Shown here: positions 37,616-47,806 of the stretch, in pieces
How the letters are laid out: each line of letters starts with the position of its first letter
How positions within the stretch are numbered: the first letter of the stretch is position 1
Source: Patescibacteria group bacterium
Lineage (GTDB): Bacteria; Patescibacteriota; Dojkabacteria; GCA-002793355
Direction of reading: 5' to 3'
Assembly: GCA_016860985.1 (NCBI GenBank)
Contig: BOKM01000001.1
Location: 156,185 to 220,184 of the forward strand
DNA: 64,000 nucleotides
Position numbers and translations under genes: made by a program
Notes under the pieces: generated by a model
Database searches by the model: none
Told to the model about the DNA's origin: nothing
The model's input: the letters and a program-made list of their open reading frames with translations, nothing else

Positions 37616-38947
37616 ATGTCACTTTTTCAAGAAGAAACGATAAAAGCGGCAAGCAATTTTAATGCCACACAAAAGGCAGTATCAATCAAACTGATATATG
37701 CGATTTGCAATATTAAAATCGCCGCAGCCCGAGCGAATTTACGCTTCAAGCAAATTGACTCAGCCACTGCTGAAGCAATAGAAAATGCAGCTCATGCAGT
37801 CTTAAGCGGGAAATACGACAATGAATTTGTTACCGATCAAATCCAAGGCGGTGCCGGTACTTCGGTTCACTCTAATGTTAATGAAGTGATTGCGACACTC
37901 TCCTCTCGAAATTCGAAACTAAACATCCACCCAAACGATCACGTAAATAAAGGTCAATCAACAAATGATGTCATTCCAACTGCCATGCGAATAGTGTTTC
38001 TGCAAAAAATTGACAAACTCACTAAACATATCGACACCCTAACAGGTAACTTAGAACTATATGCTCACAAATACAAGAATCTACCTCGAATAGGCAGAAC
38101 GCACTTACAAGATGCCGTTCCGCTAACTGTTGAAATGCAATTTCTTGCGTATGCAGAATTTTTTAAACGTTCCTCTCTGCAACTTCGTGCACAAAAGGAA
38201 CTACTCTTTCGAAATAACCTAGGGGGGACTGCAATTGGAACAGGACTTAATTCGGTTGAAGGTTTTTCAGTCAAAGTTAACAAAGAATTGGCGGAGTTAA
38301 CAGGTTTTCCGCTTTATCCAGCCACGAATTTGCTTGATGCGACGCAAAACACGGATGATTTTCTTAATCTATCTGCGCAAATAAATACTTTTGCTGGTGG
38401 GCTTAGCAAAATAGTAAACGACCTCAGACTTCTAGTATCAGGACCACGCGCAGGGATAGCAGAGTTTAGACTAGTAGAAGTGCAAAAAGGTTCAACGATC
38501 ATGCCTGGGAAAGCAAACCCCGTTGTTCTTGAAATGGTAAACCAAATCTGCCAGCAAGTTTTTGGAAATGCAACAGCAGCATTCCATGCTTTAATAAGCG
38601 GGCAACTCGAGCTGAATGTGATGCTTCCTCTCTTTTTCAAGAACACTCTCGAATCGATGGAATTGTTATCGTACGCGGTTACAATGCTTTCTGAGAAAGT
38701 ACTCCCATCGCTATCTCCAAACCCTGTTCAGATACAAAAGCATTTGGATGAGAGCCTATATGCTGCAACTGCTCTTTCTAAAAAAATCGGTTACGATCGT
38801 GCATCGAAAATCGTTGCAGAGGCAATCCAACAGGAATTCACAATCCGTGATATTCTCATTAAAGAGGGCGTACTCACTGACTCAGAAATTGACGACTTAT
38901 TAGACCCATTACAACACGTTAGGCCTTCTGCTCCACCTTCAGCATAA
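37616..38947 (+). CDS. aspA: Aspartate ammonia-lyase (fumarase/aspartase family)
   Basis: GSTIMPGKANPVVLEMVNQ..GQLELNVMLP matches the aspartase signature block. 443 aa. Confidence 0.75.
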   Translation: MSLFQEETIKAASNFNATQKAVSIKLIYAICNIKIAAARANLRFKQIDSATAEAIENAAHAVLSGKYDNEFVTDQIQGGAGTSVHSNVNEVIATLSSRNSKLNIHPNDHVNKGQSTNDVIPTAMRIVFLQKIDKLTKHIDTLTGNLELYAHKYKNLPRIGRTHLQDAVPLTVEMQFLAYAEFFKRSSLQLRAQKELLFRNNLGGTAIGTGLNSVEGFSVKVNKELAELTGFPLYPATNLLDATQNTDDFLNLSAQINTFAGGLSKIVNDLRLLVSGPRAGIAEFRLVEVQKGSTIMPGKANPVVLEMVNQICQQVFGNATAAFHALISGQLELNVMLPLFFKNTLESMELLSYAVTMLSEKVLPSLSPNPVQIQKHLDESLYAATALSKKIGYDRASKIVAEAIQQEFTIRDILIKEGVLTDSEIDDLLDPLQHVRPSAPPSA

Positions 38948-39004
38948 ATAAAAGAGTTCTGGCACTTGTATTCCACCATTTTATTGCGCTATAATTCGAT
39001 GTTC

Positions 39005-39076
39005 GGGTTGATAGCTCAACGGTAGAGCAGCTGACTTTTAATCAGTAGGTTCAGGGTTCGAATCCCTGTCGACCCA
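39005..39076 (+). tRNA. tRNA-Lys (anticodon TTT)
   Basis: Hand fold: acceptor GGGTTGA/TCGACCC; anticodon stem GCTGA/TCAGT with loop CUUUUAA; T-loop TTCGAAT. Followed by a hairpin plus T-run terminator. Confidence 0.85.
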
Positions 39077-39079
39077 AAG

Positions 39080-39116
39080 GTGTTTGTTCGCTCTCAGAGT
39101 AGACAGACACCTTTTT
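39080..39116 (+). terminator. rho-independent terminator after tRNA-Lys
   Basis: GGTGTTTGT..ACAGACACC stem followed by TTTTTT. Confidence 0.4.
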
Positions 39117-39238
39117 TATTAATATTGGGGATTCGAAACCCCGAGGAGAATGTACCATGGTACATTCGACGAAGTGGGCGGGGTCGAGGAAGTAACACAT
39201 TAGTACGCGTAGCGCGATTGATGTTGTTACGAGGTGAC

Positions 39239-39258
39239 CGAATCCCTGTCGACCCAAA
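39239..39258 (+). repeat. partial copy of tRNA-Lys 3' end (CGAATCCCTGTCGACCCAAA), copy 2
   Basis: 20/20 identity to 39059-39078 within the tRNA-Lys gene. Confidence 0.8.
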
Positions 39259-39373
39259 AAGTGCATTGGCCGTATGAATTATGGGCAGTGCTCTTTTTTA
39301 GTTAATCAGGGTGAGAGCCGGTTCGACCGCGAAGGCGTGTGCGCGTCGTTTGCACCAATTCAATCTTCGCGCA

Positions 39374-39392
39374 AATCCCTGTCGACCCAAAG
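39374..39392 (+). repeat. partial copy of tRNA-Lys 3' end (AATCCCTGTCGACCCAAAG), copy 3
   Basis: 19/19 identity to 39061-39079. Confidence 0.8.
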
Positions 39393-39442
39393 AGATTTCC
39401 ACTTACGACGTAAAGCAAACGGAAAGATCCCCCCTAAGTATT

Positions 39443-39721
39443 CTATTTATTCAACAGCTTTGTAACTTGCAGTATCTCTTCAACCATCTCCTCTTTCTTG
39501 TTCTTCTGCTTCGACTCTATCGCATTGGTAAAACAATGATGTAAATGATTTTCCATGAGCTTCTGATGTGCTGATTTCAGTAGACCGATTGTTGCAAGAT
39601 TCTGTGTCATGATATCGATACAATATTCGTCGTGTTCTATCATACTCAACATCTTATCTATCATACTTCGAGCCTTTTTTAGGTTCGTTGTGGCATCATT
39701 TTGTACATGTACTCTTTTCAT
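39443..39721 (-). CDS. csoR: Copper-sensing repressor CsoR
   Basis: ..YCIDIMTQNLATIGLL..ENHLHHC carries the canonical Cys-His-Cys Cu(I) ligand set. Adjacent to copA. Confidence 0.8.
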   Translation of the reverse strand: MKRVHVQNDATTNLKKARSMIDKMLSMIEHDEYCIDIMTQNLATIGLLKSAHQKLMENHLHHCFTNAIESKQKNKKEEMVEEILQVTKLLNK

Positions 39722-39731
39722 AATTCAATCG

Positions 39732-40769
39732 TTAAAATAGAGGTAATATTATACCCGCAGCAACAAGCGAGGTGTAAAAGTTAAAAACGGCAAAGAAAAG
39801 AACAATAAATCCAGCGGTACGGAAATAGACATCTGATCTATTTCCTTCAGAAAGTTTTGCGGAGGTAAATGAGATTAGAGACAAAACTGGTAAGGTTCCT
39901 AGTGCAAATATGAACATAATTACTGCACCACTAAGAAAATTTCCTGTCGCCATAGCACTAACCTGCATTGACTGAGTAAAACCACAAGGCAGGAAGAAGG
40001 TCAGAATACCCATAAGAATTGGCATGTACCCTTGTTTTACGGATTCAATGCCAGTAACTTTCTTCGCAAACGACTTTGGCATCCGCAGTTGGAAGCGCCT
40101 AAATACAGGGAAAATATCCAGCAAGTTCATTCCCAATACAAACATCACACCGAAAAGAACAATACTCATGAATAGGTAGAACCCAGGACCGAGCCGAAAA
40201 AGTGAACCGAGATACCCAAGTACTCCCCCCAAGACGAAGAAAGCCGCAATCCTTGCTATATGGAAAAACACTAGAGGAATCGTTTTATCAGCACTCTTCG
40301 CATAGCTTGAGGAAATTGAGAGGACGAGTCCACCTACTACAGCCATACAGGACGAAATCGATGCGATGATACCAATGAAAAACACTAGTGGTAGCGACAG
40401 TGTATCACCACTTATAAAGTTGCCAAGCCCGACTTTTTGCAACAAAAGAAACCCTCCGATTACAATAAGCGCATAGAGAAAACCTTGCTGAAGTTTCTGA
40501 TAGTCAACTTTGTGAGTTGCGTTTTCTTGCCCGACTAAATAGCCATGCTCTCTGATGGCGTCGTTGATTTCGGTTATTAAGGCGTCCTCATCCACATCAT
40601 TTTCGATTTCGAAGAATACTCGTTCTTTGCCTAGTACCGCGTTCACATTCTTCATATGTGGTGATTTTGCAAGTTTTTTTTCAACAGTTAACTCACAAGC
40701 CGCGCAATGCATGCCATCTACTGCATATGAGCATTTCTGCCCTTTCTTCATAATCCTTTTATCGTTCAT
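39732..40769 (-). CDS. HMA-domain (MxCxxC) fused to ~8-TM membrane domain (TauE/SafE- or CcdA-like metal-handling membrane protein)
   Basis: N-terminal [15 protein letters not shown] heavy-metal-associated motif followed by a polytopic membrane domain. Overlaps the copA stop by 4 nt. Confidence 0.55.
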   Translation of the reverse strand: MNDKRIMKKGQKCSYAVDGMHCAACELTVEKKLAKSPHMKNVNAVLGKERVFFEIENDVDEDALITEINDAIREHGYLVGQENATHKVDYQKLQQGFLYALIVIGGFLLLQKVGLGNFISGDTLSLPLVFFIGIIASISSCMAVVGGLVLSISSSYAKSADKTIPLVFFHIARIAAFFVLGGVLGYLGSLFRLGPGFYLFMSIVLFGVMFVLGMNLLDIFPVFRRFQLRMPKSFAKKVTGIESVKQGYMPILMGILTFFLPCGFTQSMQVSAMATGNFLSGAVIMFIFALGTLPVLSLISFTSAKLSEGNRSDVYFRTAGFIVLFFAVFNFYTSLVAAGIILPLF

Positions 40770-43105
40770 ATTCTGACAAAACGTAATCTTAATGAGTTAG
40801 CAACAACTGAGATACTGCTCATCGCCATTGCAAGGCCTGCAAATGCGGGGTTAAGAAGGATTCCCCAAATTGGGTAAAAGAGCCCAGCTGCTAAAGGAAT
40901 ACCTACTATGTTATAGATGAATGCCCAGAAGAGATTTTGCTTGATAGTTGTCATTGTTTTCTTCGATAGAGCGATTGCGTGCGGAACTTTAGCAATATCC
41001 CCACCAAGAAGTGTAATATCTGCCGATTCAAGCGCGACATCTGTACCGGTTCCCATTGCTATACCAACATCTGACTGCGCTAATGCCGGGGCATCATTTA
41101 CCCCATCACCAGCCATCCCAACGATTAACCCCTGTTCCTGAAGTTCTTTCACTTTGTCGGCCTTCTGTTGCGGCAACACTTCAGCAAAGACCATGTCTAT
41201 GCCCACTTGATTTGCGATGTACTGAGCCGTGTGCTTGTTATCACCGGTCAACATTACTACTTTCACACCAAGTTTATGAAGTTGTTTTAAGGCACCAGCC
41301 GTTTCATCTTTGATTTTGTCTGATATTGCAATAACTGCGAGCAGTTGTTTTTCAGTTGCGAACAAAACGGGGGTCTTTCCCTGTTTCGTTAGTATTGAAA
41401 GCTGTTCTTCATCAAATTGCACCTCTAACTTGTTCATCAATGTCACATTACCGGCATAGTATTTCTTACCAGCAATCACGCCACTCAATCCCATACCTTC
41501 AATAGCTTCGAATTCCTCAACTTGGGCAAGCTGGAGTGAGCGTGCGGTTGCGGCTTCGACTATTGCTACTGAGAGCGGATGTTCCGAGCTTTTCTCAAGT
41601 GCTGCAAGTAGTGCCAACACCTCGTTTTCATCTTTGAGTTTACTCTTCTCTGCAACAACAAGGTCAGATACTTCAGGCTTTCCTTTAGTAATTGTTCCTG
41701 TCTTGTCGACTACAAGGGTGTTAATTTTATGAAGTTTTTCTAAGCTTTCGGCATTCTTGATAAGAATTCCATTCTGCGCACCTCTTCCGATACCTACAAT
41801 AATTGCTGTTGGAGTCGCGAGTCCTAAAGCACAAGGGCAAGCAATCACTAATATACCAACAAAGGCTAACAAACCAAATGTAATCGCCTCTTTCATGGGA
41901 ATAAATTGGCTGCCGATGAGAACCCAAGCAATAAACGTTACGACTGCTATTACCAGCACTGTCGGAACAAAAACACTGGAAATTGAATCAGCGACTCGTT
42001 GAATCGGTGCACGTGATCCCTGTGCCTGCTCTACCATCTTAATAATCGATGCTAGTAAAGTATCTGCCCCAATCTTCGTCGCCTTCACTTTCAACACTCC
42101 CTGTTTGTTAAGAGTTGCACCAACGACTTTATCGCCGGTAAACTTGTCAACAGGTATAGGTTCACCAGTGATCATTGATTCATCAACAGATGACTTTCCT
42201 TCAACAATAACACCGTCTACTGGGATCTTTCCTCCCGGTTTTACAAGTACAATATCATTTAATTCAACTTGCGATATTGGAATTTCAATTTCTTTGCCGT
42301 CACGTTCAACTATTGCTGTCTTTGCTTGAAGATCCATCAACTTCTCTATTGCTTCGCCGGTTTTTAGCTTTGAGCAGGCTTCAAGATATTTTCCATAGTA
42401 GACGAAACCAACTACAACAATCGCTACATCAAAATAAGTCGCCTCTGGGAGACCAAACTTTTCTATCAATTCAGGGAAAAGAACAAGAAGCGAGCTGTAC
42501 ACGTACGCAGTCAACGTTCCAATTCCTATCAATGTATCCATATTAGCGACGCGGTATTTTACAAACCGAGTAACTCCTTCAAGGAATGGTTTCCCAATCC
42601 AAAAAAGTGTTATTGTGGCGAATACGAGCAAGATCTTATTCATCACCATTTCTGGAATAGGCTGCATGGGTATCTGCTCAAAACTCTTTGCTAATATATC
42701 CCACATCATGAAAAAGAAGACTGCAAGTGATAAAGGCATCACAAAGTTCACTTTTTTCTTCTGTGCTGCAAGTTCTGCGAGTTTCTCCTCTTTACTCTGA
42801 TTTAAGCCAAGATGCTCACTGTGATCCATACCACCTTTCATGACGGTTCCATCTGGCATGACATGCGAACCACCGTGCATACTGTGATCTTCTGAATTAA
42901 GCTTTAACTCATACCCGAGTGGTTTGATTTTTTCACTTAACTGAGGGAGTGTCGTTTTCACCTTGTCGTACTTGATATTCGCTTTTTCTGTCGCAAAATT
43001 CACCTCACAAGCTTCAACGCCTTCAGCATTTCCGATGGCATCCTGAATGATGAACGCGCAACTCGCGCAGTGCATCCCTTTAATTGGAATTATTATTTGT
43101 TCCAT
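40766..43105 (-). CDS. copA: Copper-translocating P1B-type ATPase
   Basis: N-terminal HMA GMHCASC, TM6 CPC motif ([12 protein letters not shown]), phosphorylation site DKTGTIT, and hinge [10 protein letters not shown]. Confidence 0.9.
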   Translation of the reverse strand: MEQIIIPIKGMHCASCAFIIQDAIGNAEGVEACEVNFATEKANIKYDKVKTTLPQLSEKIKPLGYELKLNSEDHSMHGGSHVMPDGTVMKGGMDHSEHLGLNQSKEEKLAELAAQKKKVNFVMPLSLAVFFFMMWDILAKSFEQIPMQPIPEMVMNKILLVFATITLFWIGKPFLEGVTRFVKYRVANMDTLIGIGTLTAYVYSSLLVLFPELIEKFGLPEATYFDVAIVVVGFVYYGKYLEACSKLKTGEAIEKLMDLQAKTAIVERDGKEIEIPISQVELNDIVLVKPGGKIPVDGVIVEGKSSVDESMITGEPIPVDKFTGDKVVGATLNKQGVLKVKATKIGADTLLASIIKMVEQAQGSRAPIQRVADSISSVFVPTVLVIAVVTFIAWVLIGSQFIPMKEAITFGLLAFVGILVIACPCALGLATPTAIIVGIGRGAQNGILIKNAESLEKLHKINTLVVDKTGTITKGKPEVSDLVVAEKSKLKDENEVLALLAALEKSSEHPLSVAIVEAATARSLQLAQVEEFEAIEGMGLSGVIAGKKYYAGNVTLMNKLEVQFDEEQLSILTKQGKTPVLFATEKQLLAVIAISDKIKDETAGALKQLHKLGVKVVMLTGDNKHTAQYIANQVGIDMVFAEVLPQQKADKVKELQEQGLIVGMAGDGVNDAPALAQSDVGIAMGTGTDVALESADITLLGGDIAKVPHAIALSKKTMTTIKQNLFWAFIYNIVGIPLAAGLFYPIWGILLNPAFAGLAMAMSSISVVANSLRLRFVRI

Positions 43106-43114
43106 ATTGTTTGA

Positions 43115-43558
43115 TTAATTAAATGTTAATGTGACTGTATACATTCCCATGCTGCAGGTTCCAAAGACCTTACTGCCTTTTTCTGGAATTCCTAAGTCAA
43201 TATCAGTTTCGCCGGTTGCTGGTAGACTTTTTTGAATTCCCATTTTAGGTATTGCAAACGCGCGTTCACAACCGTATGAATTACTTGTTTTCATTCTCAA
43301 AATAGTTTGTACACCTGCTTTAGCTGAAACGGTACGAGGAGAATACGCACCACGCGCCTGAATAGTGATAATTTGTTTTCCGTTTTCCTCAGTAACAACA
43401 TTCTGAGCTTGCGATCCATTGTCAATACTCGGACTTGCTGACCGAAGCGAAATCACTTTATATAAAAGGAAGGAAACTGAAACAATCGCAAGGATAATAA
43501 CGACAAGCACCGGAGTAGCTATTACCACCGTAACTTCTGTTGGCTGTTGTTGTTCCAT
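43115..43558 (-). CDS. hypothetical membrane-anchored protein at head of cop operon (Cys/Met-bearing, possible metal-binding)
   Basis: N-terminal TM. The C-terminal SYGCE..GTCSMGMYTV is faintly cupredoxin-like but lacks the His ligands. Confidence 0.35.
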   Translation of the reverse strand: MEQQQPTEVTVVIATPVLVVIILAIVSVSFLLYKVISLRSASPSIDNGSQAQNVVTEENGKQIITIQARGAYSPRTVSAKAGVQTILRMKTSNSYGCERAFAIPKMGIQKSLPATGETDIDLGIPEKGSKVFGTCSMGMYTVTLTFN

Positions 43559-43680
43559 TACTTACTATCTATCACTTTAACTCATTTCCTCCCTAAGCCC
43601 AACCCCCACCTAGGGTGATGGTATATACTATTCTGTGCAATTAAAATTGTCAAGATTTTAATATCGGACTATAATTTCGG

Positions 43681-44202
43681 ATGACTGAACCAGAAAAAGC
43701 CGCACGAATACTAAGAGAAACACGGTATTTATCACTTGCGACCGTGAATCCAGACGGAACCCCCTGGATTTCAACGATATTCACTTGTTATGACAAAAAT
43801 CTTCGATTCATATGGCAATCCAAAAAAGATGCTCGCCATACTCAGAACTTACTTGCCAATCCGCATGTCGCGATCAATCTATATTGGGTAGGTCCTGGAG
43901 AAGATAACGTTGATGGGCTATATATTGAAGCACGAGCTAAGGAGATTAAGGGCATTAAGTCAGTCTTGGCTTCACTAAAAGTGTTTGCAACTACGCTACT
44001 CCGAAGCAAGTTTTTATCCAAAAAAGGCTTTAAATTGTTTTTGGCACATCCCGAGGATTTCTTGCTTGACGCTCCATTCCGATTGTATGAAGCCGTACCA
44101 ACCAAAATTCACAAATTCGTTCCGCTTGAAAACTGGAAAGATAAGTATGTGGATGGACGAATTGTACTGAATACTAAGGAAATAACTCCGTTTCTCAAGT
44201 AA
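43681..44202 (+). CDS. Pyridoxamine 5'-phosphate oxidase-like FMN-binding protein
   Basis: ..ETRYLSLATVNPDGTPWISTIF..ANPHVAINLYW is typical of the PNPOx-like split-barrel family. Confidence 0.65.
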   Translation: MTEPEKAARILRETRYLSLATVNPDGTPWISTIFTCYDKNLRFIWQSKKDARHTQNLLANPHVAINLYWVGPGEDNVDGLYIEARAKEIKGIKSVLASLKVFATTLLRSKFLSKKGFKLFLAHPEDFLLDAPFRLYEAVPTKIHKFVPLENWKDKYVDGRIVLNTKEITPFLK

Positions 44203-44248
44203 TTAGAGTTGCAAAAAATTATTGCTGCGATATAATTACGTACGCTGT

Positions 44249-44320
44249 TCCTCGATAGCTCAGCGGTAGAGCAAGCGCCTGTTAAGCGCTGGGTCCAAGG
44301 TTCGAATCCTTGTCGAGGAG
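44249..44320 (+). tRNA. tRNA-Asn (anticodon GTT)
   Basis: Hand fold: acceptor TCCTCGA/TCGAGGA with discriminator G; anticodon stem AGCGC/GCGCT with loop CUGUUAA; T-loop TTCGAAT. Confidence 0.85.
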
Positions 44321-44416
44321 AATGCGCATAAAATCCAATACGAAGTCAGCATCATAATAACTGTCTCAGCTAAATTCTAATTTTCATACTGGCTTAGTCC
44401 TCTTATACCAAATATA

Positions 44417-45352
44417 CTAACGGTCATTTTCACAGATTCGTAAAATGGCTCTTTTAATTTTTTCTGGAATTGGTAACGAGTTATTGTTTCTCCAAAACAG
44501 TTTATCAATAACAACTTTAGTAGCTTCAATTTCAACTAACTGCATGTACATCGGATGCAATTTCATGACTTGCTGATATCCAGCGAGAATGTTCGAGAAC
44601 ATATTGAAATTCATGCAATAAATGTATCCTAAGTCACCGTACTTTGTGCTTCCCCGGTTGTTTCCAAAATCAATAAGCCCAGAATATTTTTGCTCAAAAG
44701 CATAAATATGAGCTTCAGACATATCACCATGAATTAATACTGGTTTTTCCTGGTCAATTAACGACAAATCGATGCTATCAATATGTTTTTTTAATTTCAC
44801 TAATAAATCACCAAGCTCGGGATTAGGGCGCAATGCAACAGGTACTTTCTCTGTAATAACTGCGTTAAAATATTTTGAATAACGAGTCAAATCGGAAGAA
44901 AGCATTTCTCCATTTTTCGTCAGGAAACCAAAACCTCCAACTTCAATACTATTCAACTTGGCTAGGTCTTTGCCAGCACTTTTCAGCACTTCGTCATGAA
45001 TTTCTTTATCTTTTATACTCTCAACAGGCACTCCTTTAATTTCACTAGTGATAATACAGGAAAGGCCTTCAAAGTTAAGACAATTCAGTTCAGAATATAT
45101 CACTTCAGGAGCAAGTATTTGATTATGTTTCAGCAATTCATAAACAAATATTTCAGAAGACACTGTATCAACTCCCCATGGGGATATTCGTAAATATAGT
45201 GTTGGTTTACTTGCTTCAAAAAGCCTAAACACATCTGTTGCGACACCCGTTTCTACCTTTTCAACAGAATAATCCCTAAATTGTGGTTTTGTGGCTAACC
45301 AATCCCTTGCTGTATCTGTTTGAATGTTTTTCTTCACACAGTATTGTAACAA
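44417..45352 (-). CDS. APH-family phosphotransferase (aminoglycoside/antibiotic kinase-like)
   Basis: Brenner motif LIHGDMSEAHI and DFG-type IDFGNNRG, both typical of APH/choline-kinase fold kinases. 311 aa. Confidence 0.65.
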   Translation of the reverse strand: MLQYCVKKNIQTDTARDWLATKPQFRDYSVEKVETGVATDVFRLFEASKPTLYLRISPWGVDTVSSEIFVYELLKHNQILAPEVIYSELNCLNFEGLSCIITSEIKGVPVESIKDKEIHDEVLKSAGKDLAKLNSIEVGGFGFLTKNGEMLSSDLTRYSKYFNAVITEKVPVALRPNPELGDLLVKLKKHIDSIDLSLIDQEKPVLIHGDMSEAHIYAFEQKYSGLIDFGNNRGSTKYGDLGYIYCMNFNMFSNILAGYQQVMKLHPMYMQLVEIEATKVVIDKLFWRNNNSLPIPEKIKRAILRICENDR

Positions 45353-45394
45353 ACATCACGAACATTGAGTAGAAACTCCCTCACCCATTCCCTC

Positions 45395-45422
45395 GTTCGA
45401 ATAGCGACCTTGTCGAGGAGAA
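45395..45422 (+). repeat. duplicated 3' end of tRNA-Asn (GTTCGAAT-agcga-CCTTGTCGAGGAGAA), right boundary of APH islet
   Basis: 15/15 identity to 44308-44322 plus an 8/8 T-loop match separated by a 5-nt insertion. Confidence 0.75.
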
Positions 45423-45449
45423 GTATTCATTCCACCGGCACAATCTACG

Positions 45450-46184
45450 TCAAGCGTTTGTTTGAATATACACTCTTTTATCAATGAGAATTTCACCAGT
45501 TTTGGTCTTGTCATTTACTAGAGACAGAATCAAATCTGCAACTTCTTCTGGTGTTCCAAGCTTACCTGCTTTTCTAACTTCAGCTTGTTCTGACTCGTTG
45601 AATGCATTCTTGAAACGGTCCGTGTCAGTTACAGTTGGAATTACAGCGTTTACTCTCACCGCCGTAGCTTTAAGTTCTTTTGCGAGAGCAACAGTAAAGT
45701 TATTTGTTCCTGCATTTGAAACGCAATAACTTACAAACTCTGAAAATACAAATTCATTAAGTCCTCCACGTGAAGACAGATTAACAATTACACCGTCTTC
45801 AGATTTCTTTAGGTACGGCAACGCATATTTCGAAAGTAAATACTTTGCAGTCAGATTTACAGCGATGACTTTATTCCAATCTTCGGTTTTAGATTCTTCC
45901 ACTGTACTACAAATAGCGATACCTGCATTGTTGACGACAATATCAATTCGACCGTGTTTTTCAATAACAGTATTCACGAGGTCTTTAATTTCTGATTCCT
46001 TAGATACATCAACTTTTACCATTGATATTGAATCAGGGAACTGCTTTTCAAGTTCATTCGCTTTATCTTCCCTCTTTTCGTACACACCAACCACAAAATC
46101 TCCTTGTTTAACAAATTTGATTGCGGTTGCCCGACCTATTCCTCGCGAAGCTCCAGTTATGATTACAATTCTTTTCATATGCAT
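45450..46184 (-). CDS. SDR-family oxidoreductase (3-oxoacyl-ACP reductase-like)
   Basis: TGASRGIGRA cofactor motif, NNAG, and catalytic S..Y..K (SSRGG.. YCVSNAG). Confidence 0.8.
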   Translation of the reverse strand: MHMKRIVIITGASRGIGRATAIKFVKQGDFVVGVYEKREDKANELEKQFPDSISMVKVDVSKESEIKDLVNTVIEKHGRIDIVVNNAGIAICSTVEESKTEDWNKVIAVNLTAKYLLSKYALPYLKKSEDGVIVNLSSRGGLNEFVFSEFVSYCVSNAGTNNFTVALAKELKATAVRVNAVIPTVTDTDRFKNAFNESEQAEVRKAGKLGTPEEVADLILSLVNDKTKTGEILIDKRVYIQTNA

Positions 46185-46244
46185 TTTGTATTACAGCTTA
46201 TTCATAGATTGTACTATGGATTCCATTTTCTGTTAAAATCTACG

Positions 46245-46658
46245 ATGGTAATTAATTCAAAGTGTAAGGTCAAAGAAGCACTTGATACAGAGTGGCAGAA
46301 TTTTACACACGAACACTATGGAACCACAGCTGTTTGGGAGGAAAACACTTTCCGCTTTAAAGCCACTGAAAATGGCAAGATAATAGGAACAATAGATGGC
46401 AAACTCGAACCAGGGATTCTATACATTGCAGCCTTAATGGTAACTAAGGACGCACGTGGGAAAGGAATTGGTAAATTGTTAATTGAAAAAGCTGAAGAAT
46501 TTGGGAAGAGACACGGTGCACATCGAACTTGGCTTAGCACCGGTAAGGATTGGAGCAGCAGAGCATTCTACGAAAAGACTGGATTCAAGAAGATTGCAGA
46601 CTTAAATGATTTTTACTTTCATAAGGATTTTGTAGTTTATTCAAGATTGATATCGTAG
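46245..46658 (+). CDS. GNAT-family N-acetyltransferase
   Basis: RGKGIGKLLIEKAEEFGKRHGA acetyl-CoA binding motif. Start set at the internal Met to avoid overlapping the SDR gene. Confidence 0.65.
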   Translation: MVINSKCKVKEALDTEWQNFTHEHYGTTAVWEENTFRFKATENGKIIGTIDGKLEPGILYIAALMVTKDARGKGIGKLLIEKAEEFGKRHGAHRTWLSTGKDWSSRAFYEKTGFKKIADLNDFYFHKDFVVYSRLIS

Positions 46659-46728
46659 ATTGGTTGCTTATATAGGTCGATTATCCTTCTTATTACCTCA
46701 ATAGTAATATCTTCAAGTTTTATCAATC

Positions 46729-46756
46729 GGTTCCTAAACGTGTCAACGAGGGGGAG
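46729..46756. repeat. 28-nt direct repeat, copy A (GGTTCCTAAACGTGTCAACGAGGGGGAG)
   Basis: 27/28 identity with 47807-47834. The pair flanks ORF 46762..47700. Confidence 0.8.
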
Positions 46757-46761
46757 AAGTA

Positions 46762-47700
46762 TTATTTAGGAATTTCCCGTAACTTTTGGACAAAATACTT
46801 TGTAAGTTGCTTCCGTGTCTGTTCTTCTTCTGCTTCTTCTAATAAATATTCCCTAAGAACAGGCGTAATATCTCTTACTACAGTCCATAGAGCAACCATC
46901 TCCGGTCTCCTATTTTCATTAAAAAATTGAATTTTATCTGTTGGCGTTTTTTTGTTATACCTTACAATGTCACAAATTGCATATACAATAGCCTCTTCAA
47001 TAAGACTTGTATACAAATCAGGATACCCAAAGTTATCAGCTCGAGCATCTCTTCTCTGTGAGATTTCTTTATTGTTGGTTTCGTAATAACTGTGAGGTGA
47101 AACTCTCTTATGAAGGAACTCGTGGAGTATGACATCATCTAGGATTCGACCATCTTTAATCTCGCTATCCTTTAACTCAATGCAAATCCCCTCACCATTT
47201 GCACCACCCATTGTCCACTTTTCATCAGGAGAATAGGTCAAATAACACGGTAAAGGCTTTTCGTATACTTTCGATGCAAAGAGTTTTGTAAGGCGATGAA
47301 TATATGTTTCGTACTTTTCAGCGAATGCAGTCGAGACACTCTCATAGCCGTTAGCTTTGATTAATTGGGTTTTACTCTCAAGATAGCTACTTATGGTCAT
47401 CTGAGCTAAACTTTTCTTGTTTTCAAAGTGTTTAATTATCGGCAATAGCTCATTAAATTTCGCATTGTCAGGATAACCTTTATGAGCCCAATCAAAGAGT
47501 TCTGTTTCATTTTTCCACCCCAGGGGTTTTCTTATTTCAACAAAGGCTTTGAGCAATTGTTCATCTTTGCCTGTAATTCCGTATTCTCTCTCAACATACT
47601 CACGAACATGTTTTTCGACGTGATAATCCCAACAACTCAAAGTATCAACAAAATGAGTTAAGATTACATTGTAGTCAACAATGACTTCTAGTTCTAACAT
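46762..47700 (-). CDS. hypothetical protein with HExxH motif (putative zinc-dependent hydrolase)
   Basis: 312 aa containing VILHEFLHKRV. No other recognised family signature. Confidence 0.45.
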   Translation of the reverse strand: MLELEVIVDYNVILTHFVDTLSCWDYHVEKHVREYVEREYGITGKDEQLLKAFVEIRKPLGWKNETELFDWAHKGYPDNAKFNELLPIIKHFENKKSLAQMTISSYLESKTQLIKANGYESVSTAFAEKYETYIHRLTKLFASKVYEKPLPCYLTYSPDEKWTMGGANGEGICIELKDSEIKDGRILDDVILHEFLHKRVSPHSYYETNNKEISQRRDARADNFGYPDLYTSLIEEAIVYAICDIVRYNKKTPTDKIQFFNENRRPEMVALWTVVRDITPVLREYLLEEAEEEQTRKQLTKYFVQKLREIPK

Positions 47701-47806
47701 TATCGTATTTTACTGGATTATCCTTGTAATGAAAATGTTCCAACAGTTTTCAGTTGCCTGGCATAGTGTAGGATTGCATCAAAAACACCAGTCAAGTCTA
47801 TCCTTT

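Noticed and set aside
39051-39465. Three overlapping 60-71-aa ORFs in the tRNA-Lys scar region
   Set aside because: They span the tRNA gene, terminator and repeat copies on both strands and have no RBS. Treated as non-coding.
43115-43558. Cupredoxin assignment for the first cop-operon ORF
   Set aside because: The C-terminal Cys/Met pattern is suggestive, but the two His ligands of type-1 copper sites are absent. Left as hypothetical.
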